The notes beneath the pieces are model-generated. The model saw only the letters and a list, made by a program, of their open reading frames with translations, made no database searches and had not been told where the DNA came from. This document shows positions 41,149-51,718 of a stretch of DNA of 64,000 nucleotides, piece by piece. How positions within the stretch are numbered: the first letter of the stretch is position 1; each line of letters opens with the position of its first letter. Source of the DNA: Schizosaccharomyces osmophilus (lineage: Eukaryota); NCBI RefSeq assembly GCF_027921745.1, contig NC_079238.1:2480001-2544000 (forward strand). The letters are read 5' to 3'. Both the position numbers and the translations under genes were made by a program.

Positions 41149-42062
41149 ATGGACTCGTCTGCAAAAGAATTGATGAATCCTCCTGCATACAACCAAGGCA
41201 ATGCTAGTGAGCTGGATCTCGAGAGTCAAAGTCTATTGAGGAATCCAAAAGACATGAATGACCATTCCAAGGGGAAAGTTTGTAAAGTAAACAAGAAAGC
41301 AATGCCGACAATTCCTGAACTTGTCTGCTTTGATGCTTCCTCCAGTGACTACCGCAGCAAACTATTAGGATTAAAAAACTATTTTCTACCAAGAAAAATA
41401 CTCATTTCTTCAGAACTTGAATTATTATTTGCAACTGCTTTTGTTTCTTTCATGATCATTATGATGATATCTTTTCTTTATGGATTTCGCTCTTTCTTTC
41501 AAGACCTATCCTTGCAATATTCTGAAGAGTGTACTTTAGCTATCGTCCTTGAAATAGTAATTGGGTTCTTTATATGGATGTTGGAATGCGGTAAGTTAAT
41601 CACAGGCGTTTGGTAAACAACTTAAACACGAATTGCTAACGACTTATAGTTCTCATGGAATTCCAACTTTATGTGGCAGGGACTCTTAGTATTTTGGTAA
41701 TCTTTATTGGGCAAATCATTGCTTGTATCGTTTTGGGGTCGGTTTTTAGTATTATAGGAATGGTTTTGGCCATAGGTACAGCATGCATAGGCGCAGACGA
41801 AGACGAAGATTCAGTTCAAGCTGGATTTAGAGATCAAATGTGGGAATATTATGGAGCCTTCTTCAATAATAAATTCTACCCCTGTTTAGATTTTGTCTAC
41901 TTTGGAACTGTATTTGTAGTTTCTATGTTATTTGATTCTTTGATCAAGTTTTATAGTCTTAAAGTCGAACGCTCAGATGAGTTCTTCGATTTGTCTACTT
42001 CTTTTAGGCGTCAACAAGAAAATGATGAGTTAGTATCTCCGTCGTGTCGCATGGATAAGTAA
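41149..42062 (+). CDS. DUF999/wag-like two-exon membrane protein gene E, 284 aa
   Basis: Exon 1 41149-41590 (NPPAY...ELDLES), intron 41591-41649 (GTAAGT..GCTAAC..TAG), exon 2 in frame; multiple TMs. Confidence 0.8.
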
Positions 42063-42656
42063 TAACGCTTCAGCAAAACCCTACTTGCCAAGAGTAATTA
42101 TTTATCTTTGGTTCTTTCATGCTGTTGAGGGAATTATCATTTCGCATAAAAGGAAATTTATGATTTCAATTTGGTTAATTTGAAAGTGAACTAGAGCGTT
42201 TGCTTATTGCGACTAGTATTTAATTTCATGACCTCTTGTCAAATGATTATGTTGCGTTTTAATAAAAGGTATAACTTTACCGTAATCAACGTAAAGAAAC
42301 TTTGAGTGGTTGGATAGATATGGACAGCAGCCTTTATCAAAGGCGATATAAATAAAACTTTGTATGAACTTTGAATGCAACTGGAGTAAACCGGCTTTAG
42401 AGAATGGTTGCTACATATTTGGATTTTTTGTTTGCAAAGAGCAAATATTCAGGAATTTCACTAGTATAAAATCCTTTTATTCTTTTTTATTTTACGAAAC
42501 TTGGACTCGTAAAATTACACTGACATAGATTTTCATTTGTCACCTTACAAGTAACAATGCATAGCAGAGTACTGCACAAATTTTCCATTAGAAAATTTCA
42601 ACACAAACGAGATCAACGTTCAACAATTACAATTAACGAACAGGAGAAACGGAGGA

Positions 42657-42781
42657 AGCCTACAGCATCCAGGCTTCCCGTGTTGTCTCCAACCATACTA
42701 CTAAAACTAACAAGACCCTCAGACGCTTAACTGCAGTGATCGGACGGGAACTGGTGTTTTCGCCTAGGTGTGGTCGTAGAC
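42657..42781 (-). pseudogene. Degenerate 5S rRNA gene, copy 3
   Basis: Reverse-complement 5S with ~6 substitutions, a 6-nt insertion near the AGTACT internal-promoter region, and no T-run terminator. Confidence 0.9.
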
Positions 42782-43197
42782 AGCGAATGTGTTCAAGTAT
42801 TATACTGAACTTTTTTTCTACATTCTACATTGTACTTTCGCATCTTGTTCCCATTCATTGATTTGCTCCAAAGTTTGTTCTAATTAAACAATAAGAAACA
42901 ACCCTCCATGAATACGTATTGACACTTGAAAATATAACTAAGAAGTTGAATTTATATCCGAAATGAAATTATTTATTGTCTCAAGATATTGTTTATTTAT
43001 CATTTACATCAGAGACCTTCCAATATTTTCTGCTTCGCACCTGTTATTATACACGCTTTTTTATAATATACATTATTCTATAAAACTACTTTTACGAAAT
43101 CCACGTTCGGGTTCTGTAATTCCATTTGCAACGTGTTAAGGAAATACCGTAAACATATTCACAAATCTATTCATTTTCAAACCTGCCCTTTTCCACA

Positions 43198-45408
43198 ATG
43201 CAGACTGGTTTGCAAAAGAGGAAGTCACGTTCCAACCAATTGGCAAAGGATACCGATGAAAAGCAAAGATCAAAAAATGTTGCCGAAGATATTTCAGCGG
43301 AGACAGATAATGGAGGAAATAAAAATTCCTCATCAAAGATGAATACTGAGAATCAGGATAGCGAAGAAGAAGCGGAAATTCCTACTATTGATGCAGAAAT
43401 TGATGATGAGAATGAGAACGTAGAAGAGTCGCCAAGTGATTTTAGCACTCCAGAACTGTCTGAAGACGACTATGAAAATCCGGAAGAAGATGAGCAAGAA
43501 TTAGACGACGAGATTGATGCTGGCTATTCTTCCGACTCTTCCACTGAAAACGCGCCAGGAGGATTATATCCATCTCCTGACGATGATAATCTTTACATAA
43601 ACTACGATATAGATGGAAAGAAAATCACACGCCCTGCAACACCAGCTGCGCTTGATTCTTTGATCTCGAGTATCGATAAAGACAAGGGATGGACAGGTAT
43701 TGTCGATCCAACGACCGGTCAACCTGTGAACTTAACCACTGAAGAACTTGAGTTGTTGAAGCGTCTTGCCCAATCTCAAGTCCCAGACGAAAACTTCGAC
43801 CCATACCCTGACTATGACGATTTCTTCACAAAAGATGTTCAACTTACTCCGGTTTCTAGTGCTCCTGAACCGAAAAGACGTTTTGCTCCTTCCAAACACG
43901 AAGAAAAACGTATTTTGCAACTTGCTTATGCTATTCGTAAAGGTCATATTCTGACACCTGCCCAACGAACTGAACAGGATAAAGAGCATAGATCAGAGTT
44001 TGCTGATCGTGATTTGTGGGATGATGACGAGGAAGCTACAGTTAGTAAGCAACTTGATTATGCACCTGCTCCCAAGCTTCCCCCTCCATCTCATGAAGAG
44101 AGTTACAATCCTCCTGAAGAATACCTCAAGAAGGATTCTAAGAAATATCCTTCATTGCGCCTTGTACCTGCTTACAGCAATTTAATTAAGGAGCGTTTCG
44201 AAAGATGTTTGGACCTTTATTTAGCTCCCCGCGTTAGACGATCTAAGCTTAATATTGATCCCGAATCTCTTCTTCCCAAATTGCCTAGTCCTTCTGAATT
44301 GCGCCCTTTCCCTACTCGCTGCACTAACGTTTATATTGGTCACAAAGGTCGTGTACGTAGTATTTCTGCACATAAGGATGGTATTTGGCTGGCTAGTGGT
44401 GGTGACGATGGTGTCTTACGAGTTTGGGAAATCCTCACTGGCCGTTGCGTTTGGAAGTGTGCTTTGGATGGATTTGGAAATGTGCGAGATGCCGAGTCTG
44501 ATACAGAGGACACCGAAAAGGCTAATAAATCTTCCATCATCCAATCTCTTGCTTGGGGTCCTCTTTCCGAGGTACCAGTCTTGGCTGTCGGAGTTGATGA
44601 AACCCTTTATTTCATTACTCCTCCACTTTTCTCTTCTGAGCAGATGGAAAACAGTAAAGAGCATTTTACTTCGAACCCGTATCAAGAATCCAGTGCTGTT
44701 TGGCATAGAGGTTCTAAGAAATCATTGAATTTGAATGGTGCCATTGTTCATGCAACTGTCAATACCTCATACTCTATCAAATCTTTATCCTGGCATCGTC
44801 GTGGTGATTATATTGCTACATGTTCCCCAATTGCATCTGGCCGTGCCGTACTTATTCACCAGCTTTCAAGAGGAGCTAGTCAATCTCCTTTCTCGAAATC
44901 TCGTGGTTCTGTTCAATCCATCGCTTTTCATCCAACCCAACCCTATCTTTTAGTAGCTACCCAGCGTTATGTTCGGATTTACAATCTTGTCAAGCAAGAA
45001 CTTGTGAAAACGCTTCTCTCGGGTGTTAAGTGGATTTCTAGTATCAGCGTACATCCCAGCGGTGACCATCTCATTATTGGATCTTATGACAAAAGAATTT
45101 GTTGGTTTGATTTGGATCTTTCTTCTAAACCTTACAAGACACTGCGCTATCATACCCGCGCTGTTCGTGATGTTTCTTATCATCCCACATTACCTTTGTT
45201 TTGTTCTGCTTCGGATGATGGTGATGTTCAAATTTTCCATGGACGTGTCTACAATGATTTGCTCGCTAGTCCTCTAATTGTTCCGCTCAAAATTTTACGC
45301 AATCATAAAGTTGTCGATAACGTTGGAGTTCTTTCGAGTAGCTGGCATCCCCGAGAGGCTTGGCTATTCACTTCTGGTGCTAGTGGTGAAATTAGAATGT
45401 GGACTTAG
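43198..45408 (+). CDS. erb1: WD-repeat ribosome biogenesis protein Erb1/BOP1
   Basis: BOP1NT domain (ERFERCLDLYLAPR, LRPFP) plus WD40 repeats. Confidence 0.95.
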   Translation: MQTGLQKRKSRSNQLAKDTDEKQRSKNVAEDISAETDNGGNKNSSSKMNTENQDSEEEAEIPTIDAEIDDENENVEESPSDFSTPELSEDDYENPEEDEQELDDEIDAGYSSDSSTENAPGGLYPSPDDDNLYINYDIDGKKITRPATPAALDSLISSIDKDKGWTGIVDPTTGQPVNLTTEELELLKRLAQSQVPDENFDPYPDYDDFFTKDVQLTPVSSAPEPKRRFAPSKHEEKRILQLAYAIRKGHILTPAQRTEQDKEHRSEFADRDLWDDDEEATVSKQLDYAPAPKLPPPSHEESYNPPEEYLKKDSKKYPSLRLVPAYSNLIKERFERCLDLYLAPRVRRSKLNIDPESLLPKLPSPSELRPFPTRCTNVYIGHKGRVRSISAHKDGIWLASGGDDGVLRVWEILTGRCVWKCALDGFGNVRDAESDTEDTEKANKSSIIQSLAWGPLSEVPVLAVGVDETLYFITPPLFSSEQMENSKEHFTSNPYQESSAVWHRGSKKSLNLNGAIVHATVNTSYSIKSLSWHRRGDYIATCSPIASGRAVLIHQLSRGASQSPFSKSRGSVQSIAFHPTQPYLLVATQRYVRIYNLVKQELVKTLLSGVKWISSISVHPSGDHLIIGSYDKRICWFDLDLSSKPYKTLRYHTRAVRDVSYHPTLPLFCSASDDGDVQIFHGRVYNDLLASPLIVPLKILRNHKVVDNVGVLSSSWHPREAWLFTSGASGEIRMWT

Positions 45409-45888
45409 TACGAACTAAAAAAATTACCTTGATATACGTAGGTAGAGTCTTATTCTTTATTTTTGGCTATAGGATTCATAAGATTTGCTGACGAATTTTT
45501 TTTTTTTTAAAAAAAAAAGCTTAGATTAAAAGAAGCATAATTTGGTTTAGATGAGTTAACTGGGATATTTAATAAGGATTTTTTGGGTCTTCACAAATAA
45601 CAAGTTCATATACAAATCACATTTACAATAGACATGAACAAAAAAGTTTTAGGTTTTTTTGATAAAATAGAAGAAATTAACAGTAAATAAAGTCATAAAC
45701 AGAAGAAAATGTAACGACATAGCTTATGCATATACATGTGATAAAAGAGATGACCAACCAAATGACAAAAGAAAAGAATGTTGAGGAAGAGAGCGGTGAC
45801 ATTCCGAAAAATTGTTAGAACCTATCAGTGAACAGTCTGCAAAAGCTGGAACAGAATCAAGTTTCACATCGGCGGCTTCTCAGCTTGT

Positions 45889-47227
45889 TCATTGTAAATT
45901 GAATTTGACAGAAATTGCTTTACAAGAGCGACAAATAGGTGTGCCTTCTATGACAAAATAACCATCATCACCGAGTAAACGATTACAAACACCGCAATTC
46001 CAGCAATCGTGGTGATATTCACCGTCTATTCCATTGACGCTTACCCCTAAAATAGGCTTTCTGCATTTCTTGCACTTAACAGCATATTTGTTATCATAAC
46101 AGTTTTGACACCAATATAAGTCATCGCGAAATATACATGGGCTGTTTTCCCGAAAGTTTTCTGAACAGCCAGCACAAAAGTGGTGATTTTCATGAAACCA
46201 GTCGTTACCAATATGAATTGCCCGATCCTCTATAGGAGTCGTACAATATTTACAGCGTGGACTAAATTGCTCATGGTAATCTAAATGACAATAAAAGTTG
46301 TCGTCGCGAAAAAAAAAACCTACATGCTCTAATTTTTGAGAGCAAGTAGCACATTGAAAGCAATTAGGATGCATTTTCTTATTTGCAGCAGTGATTATAC
46401 GACCAGCACGAAGGGATAAGCCACAGGCGTAACAAGACTTCTCTGAATTGGAGCGGTGAAGGTGGGATTTATTAGCAGGACCAGAGCAAGAGAACTGTAC
46501 GGGAGGCATGGGAAGAATACGATTAAATTGTTTGGAAGCGGAGGAAGGGCCAGATGCAAAGTCCTCATCGCCGGTGGTATCTTGATGCGATTCCAAGCTG
46601 GAAGTTTCAGCGTTTATGTGATGGGCAGAGACTATAGGAAGCTGTTTGGTGGAAGGCAACTTTCTAGGGATTGGTCGAGAGTGATCATTACTTGATTTAT
46701 AAGAGTCGAATGGATAATGTTGAGGGTGTTGATCAGTGTTCGATACCGGCTCAACGTTGGAAGAGCTCTCGATTGCATCTGAATCAAAAGCACTTCCTTG
46801 CTCTATAAATGGTACAGAAGGGAATGTGTGATGAGGTAGGTGACGATCGTTATAAGTGATTGGAGGGGAAGGACGTCGATTGAAATTCAAGTTCTCTGGA
46901 AAAGCAAATCGGACCCGATGTTGTTTGCTAGGCGATGAGCGATCGAGTTGAGAACTAGTAGATCCAATGTTTGTTATTTTTTTTGCCGATGGAAGGCTGT
47001 GAGCATCGATATTAATAGGAGATTCTATCTGCTTCTTCTCCACGTCTTCGTTTCCGCTAGACGAAAAACCAGAAGTAGACACTCTAGGCAACGACGGAGG
47101 AACACCAGAAGTAGTACCTGGGGCAGCCCGAGGACCCGTCAAACGACGCTCGAATCTACAATTTATTAGAAAGATGGAGGGCAAACGAAATGAATTACCT
47201 TGGTAAGCCAACAACAGGATTTTGCAT
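45889..47227 (-). CDS. pxl1: Paxillin-like LIM protein, 2 exons
   Basis: MQNPVVGLPR|FERRLTGPRAAP start; three C-terminal LIM domains. Confidence 0.9.
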
Positions 47228-47751
47228 GTGAAATAGCTTTTTAATGAGAAGGAAAAAGGATTTACTATAATCTGAATTCTTCAAACAATTCGAGGTGCAA
47301 TGTAGCAAAACGGTTAACTTAGAAAGTGTCGATTTGCTTATTGATTCAAACCAAAAGCTCAATAACACAAATTTCTGAAATAATTTCCTTTCAATTCCAA
47401 TACCAAATGCCTAAAAGATCCAAAAAGCAACGTCGAATATTCGAAACAAATGGTAGAGGGCAGGTTGTTTAATAACGATAGCGCAGTTTTTCGGAAGAAT
47501 TTCTAAACAGTACATAAGTTGCTATGGAAACATTGTTTACCTTTTTAAGGGTTAAAAGGTCATTCTTTCATATCGTTATACCAGCTTACCGCATGGTAAG
47601 AATGATGCAAGCACAGTTAAGCAAATGGAATGCTTGTCACCGTAATGTTGTGCATACTGGTAAAGTTATTTACGTGTGGTAGCATTTTATGTTAAAACGC
47701 ATCAATCATAAAAAATTGGCTGCTCAGGTACAGGCTTTTTTTGGGTAATTC

Positions 47752-49450
47752 ATGTGCGGGATTCTCTTTGCACTATCGCCGGGTGGAATTGAGGGACTCT
47801 CAGCTTCGTATGTACCATGTCTCCGTGAGCGCATTTGTGCCCGAGGTCCTGATGCATTTGGAAAGTTTCAGCATAAAATCGCAGGATGGAACTTGGAATA
47901 TGAATGTAGCGTTTTACATTTGCGAGGGCCGTGTGATAATCCAACAATTCAGCCACATGTGGATGACGATGGCAATGTACTGTGCTGGAACGGTGAAATA
48001 TGGCAGATGGGTGGTGAAACAGGATTCGACTCATTGGAGTGCTGCAATGAAAATGATGGCTCAAAGCTTTTTAGAATATTAAAAGAAAATGATCATGACG
48101 TTGAAAGGGTTTTGCGCATGATTCAAGGTCCTTTTGCTTTTGTTTATTATCAGGTACAAACATTTGCAGCAGCATCTTCATTCTCAGAATAGACATTGCT
48201 AACTATAAAAACTTTAGAAATCTACAAATACATTGTGGTTTGGAAGGGATCGTCTTGGAAGACGTTCGTTGCTTTACCATCAAGAACAAGAACGGTTTGT
48301 GCTTGCTAGTGTCAGTCATGGCAAAGACTTTCAGGAAGTGCCACCTGGATTTTATGCATTCACGTTACAAGATAATCATCCTTTGAGTCTTGCTCAACCC
48401 TTTCCTTCTTCTTTCATACCCTTCCAATTGTTACCCTTAAGCATTGACATCCCTACTTTCTCAAATATTGAAACTCCTGTGGATACTTTCTATGCCCAGT
48501 TAATGGAGTCACTTAAAGACAGGGTTCTTACTATACCACACAATAATAATCCACAAACAAAAACTGTAGACCCCCGACTGGCAGTACTTTACTCCGGTGG
48601 TGTCGATTGCGGAGTTATAGCGCGCATGATTCATGAAATTCTTCCTTCAAGTGAACCGGTTGATTTAATTAATGTCGCTTTCGAAAATCCTAGATTCATG
48701 GATACTTTTGCAACTGTTGACGATGATGGTTGTTCCACCTCTGTATCAGACCCTTACAACGCCTGTCCCGATAGACAAACCGGTTTACAAGGATGGAAAG
48801 AATTAATGACCATATGTCCAAGCCGAGTTTGGAATTTCATTGCTGTAAACGTTCCTTACACTGAGGCTTCTAAGCAAAAGGATCTTGTTACAAGCTTAAT
48901 ATACCCCAATGACTCGATCATGGATTTTTCTATAGGTCTAGCTTTCTATTTCGCTTCTAAAGGAAAAGGATTGCTACTACAATCATTTGATGACTTACCA
49001 AACATTTCCACCTGCTCGCCTTATAAAACCCCTGCCAAGGTATTGTTTAGTGGTTTAGGAGCCGACGAACAACTGGGCGGATATATGAGGCATCTTAGAG
49101 CTTTTGAAAGAAAGGGCATGCAAGGGCTTGATGAGGAATTGAAGCTTGATATTGAACGAATTCCTCACAGAAATCTTGGTCGTGATGACAGAATCATGTC
49201 AAACCAAGGAAAAGAAGTAAGGTACCCGTTCTTGGATGAAAGACTTATGGCTCTACTAAGTAAAATGCCTACTTCCTCAAAAATGCGTTTAGATTTAGCG
49301 GGAGGTGATAAGCTTATTTTACGAGAATTGGCTAGAAAATTACAAAGTCCCCTAGTTGGCCAAGAAAAAAAACGAGCCATTCAATTTGGTTCAAAGGCTG
49401 CCAAAATGGAATCGGGAACTGGTCGCACCTCTGGAAAAAAAAAACTGTAA
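47752..49450 (+). CDS. Asparagine synthetase domain-containing protein (ASNSD1-like), 2 exons
   Basis: MCGI Ntn start, [19 protein letters not shown] and RNLGRDDR motifs. Confidence 0.9.
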
Positions 49451-49560
49451 TCTATTAATATAGAGGTATGGTAAATACATTCATTCCATATTCCTTAACC
49501 GTACGTAAAACAAAAATGTTTCAATACAACTCGTAAATTCGTAACAACAACATCAGGAAG

Positions 49561-51258
49561 TTAGCTCATTTCTAACAAAGAATCAATAGAACTAGTCAAT
49601 TTTCCTTTTTGCGCATTAAGTACAACTTCTATAACTTCAGTGTCAAAAGCAGGGAACATTGCCTGAAGCGCGGCAACTGCCTCCGCTTTCTCCCTGGATC
49701 GTATCCGTTCTACTTCTACCGTTTCTAGAGAAGCATTTTTTGCTTCACGAAGAGCATTATTAGGAGGAATGTCATTTTCAAGTGTATCAGGAATCCTTTG
49801 TTTTGGCATTCTAGCTGAAGATGAGGAATACTTACGAGAGACTTTATAAGGCGGTCTCTCTCCTACGTTAAGATAAGGGTCATCTTCAGTTTCTTGCTGA
49901 TCGTTGTCATTTAAACCACTGGACAAAGTCTTAAGCCAGGATTCGGGTACAAACGATAAAGATTTTGACGTCGATCGCGGCCGACTTGAACTTTCGCCTG
50001 GACTTGTAATTTCATTTTCAATTTGCAAATTTGACATTTCTTGTTGAATACTTGACTTGGTCTCATTGGGCATTTGTGAACCCTCTTGGGTATTTGATGA
50101 AACAGAAAGTAAATTCTCCCTTTCTTTTATCGTTTTTGGTTCCATTTTTTTTAATGATTTCTCAATTTCAACGTTGAACTCTTCTTCGGAAATTGTCAAC
50201 GAATTTGTATCCAACGTTTGAATAAAAGACATGGCTCCCATAAGGGTAGATAAGTAGTATAGTACTTCTCCAGAAAGTTTTTCAGGAGAGCGGAATCGTT
50301 GGATATACTGAATATTTGATACGAGATGTTCTGGATGTGCTTTTAAGAGAACAAATATTAAAACCGGAACAAACGCATCGGCAGATTCTTCCCTGACGAC
50401 ATTTCGTAAGTAGCTATATATTACTTTGCAGCAATTCATCAAACATATAATTTTGTCTCGAGGAGCATGATAGTCATTTATACGTTGCAGTTCATCTGCC
50501 GCGAGCCGGAAAAATTTAGAACTAGACTTTGCCCTTTTAATATCAAGATGTTCCTCTCGAACCCATTGAAACAATTCCATTTTTTGAGATAAAATATGAT
50601 CTTCTTCAACATCATCAGAGTGTTCACTGCTCAGAGGCATGCCGGACTTGGCAATCTCTGGCGAAAATAACCTAGCATAGAGGCGGTTTGATACTAGCTT
50701 TTCCATGCCTTCTTTGGCGTTATCGATTTCTGCTTGTGATCCAGAAACCCATGGCTCATATTGCTCGATCTTTTCTCCAATGAAGGCCAAAAAATCCTGA
50801 ATGAGCTTGACTTGATAACTTACAGACCATCTTCGTTTCAAAAACTCCGAAAGAAAGCTTTTAAGATACTTTGCAACAGGTTCGGCAGGGCTTGAACGAA
50901 GCTGCTCTAGAAAACGATGAAAATCAAAAACTGGTTCACCTATTTCCGTCTCGCTGTAGCCATTTGAAGTGCTTGGAACACCCTCTACAGCATCATTTTG
51001 TGCTTCTGCCTTATCATAAGTAGCTTGCTTCTCCTCTAATGCATTATCCGCTTTTTCTTCGTCGTGATGCTCGGTGTTGTTACCAGAAAATACTTCTGGA
51101 TCATGTTTTTTGTTATGTTGCTCATAAGCAAGTTTCTGGACGTCTAAATTGTCATCCAATTTAATTAATGGCTTTTCCTCGCCGCCGTCCTGAGACGCCT
51201 TAGTTTGCTCATTTACTTTGCTATTTGCTAATTGTTCATTCGACGAACCGTTATCCAT
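49561..51258 (-). CDS. vps901: Vps9-domain Rab5 GEF with CUE domain
   Basis: APRDKIICL and SADAFVP VPS9 motifs; C-terminal MFP CUE. Confidence 0.9.
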   Translation of the reverse strand: MDNGSSNEQLANSKVNEQTKASQDGGEEKPLIKLDDNLDVQKLAYEQHNKKHDPEVFSGNNTEHHDEEKADNALEEKQATYDKAEAQNDAVEGVPSTSNGYSETEIGEPVFDFHRFLEQLRSSPAEPVAKYLKSFLSEFLKRRWSVSYQVKLIQDFLAFIGEKIEQYEPWVSGSQAEIDNAKEGMEKLVSNRLYARLFSPEIAKSGMPLSSEHSDDVEEDHILSQKMELFQWVREEHLDIKRAKSSSKFFRLAADELQRINDYHAPRDKIICLMNCCKVIYSYLRNVVREESADAFVPVLIFVLLKAHPEHLVSNIQYIQRFRSPEKLSGEVLYYLSTLMGAMSFIQTLDTNSLTISEEEFNVEIEKSLKKMEPKTIKERENLLSVSSNTQEGSQMPNETKSSIQQEMSNLQIENEITSPGESSSRPRSTSKSLSFVPESWLKTLSSGLNDNDQQETEDDPYLNVGERPPYKVSRKYSSSSARMPKQRIPDTLENDIPPNNALREAKNASLETVEVERIRSREKAEAVAALQAMFPAFDTEVIEVVLNAQKGKLTSSIDSLLEMS

Positions 51259-51718
51259 GATACTTTTTAGAAAAGTTTCTTGAGAATAAACTTAAATCAT
51301 TCTATCAATGTCTGACTTGCTTCTAAAAGAATTATAAATAACAAGGATTCGGTGATGATGGTAAGGTAAAATCTGGCGATGGTCAAAACAATATATCATA
51401 CTTTGGAGGCATATGCAAATACGCATATACCATAAGACATTACACCAACAAATATTTAAGTACTCTGCATATCAATTTATAAACATTCATTATTAATTCT
51501 ATTTAATACTCATTATTTAGGGACTTTGAAACATTAAAGTTCCCATGTTTACACTGAGACTTTAGCTTTCCATATGTCAACAAGCAATACAATTTCCGAA
51601 GTTTTATTAGATTTAGTAGGAAAACTAATGAGAAAGACAAGAGGGGGTTATGACTAAAGGAAACAAACAAAATAAAAACAAGAACGGTGCGAATATTAGC
51701 ATTTTTCATGATCCGATT

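Noticed and set aside
32200..42900. Tf-type LTRs or a transposase next to the wtf gene
   Set aside because: No TG...CA LTR-sized repeats or transposon ORFs seen; the only dispersed repeats are 5S and tRNA genes.
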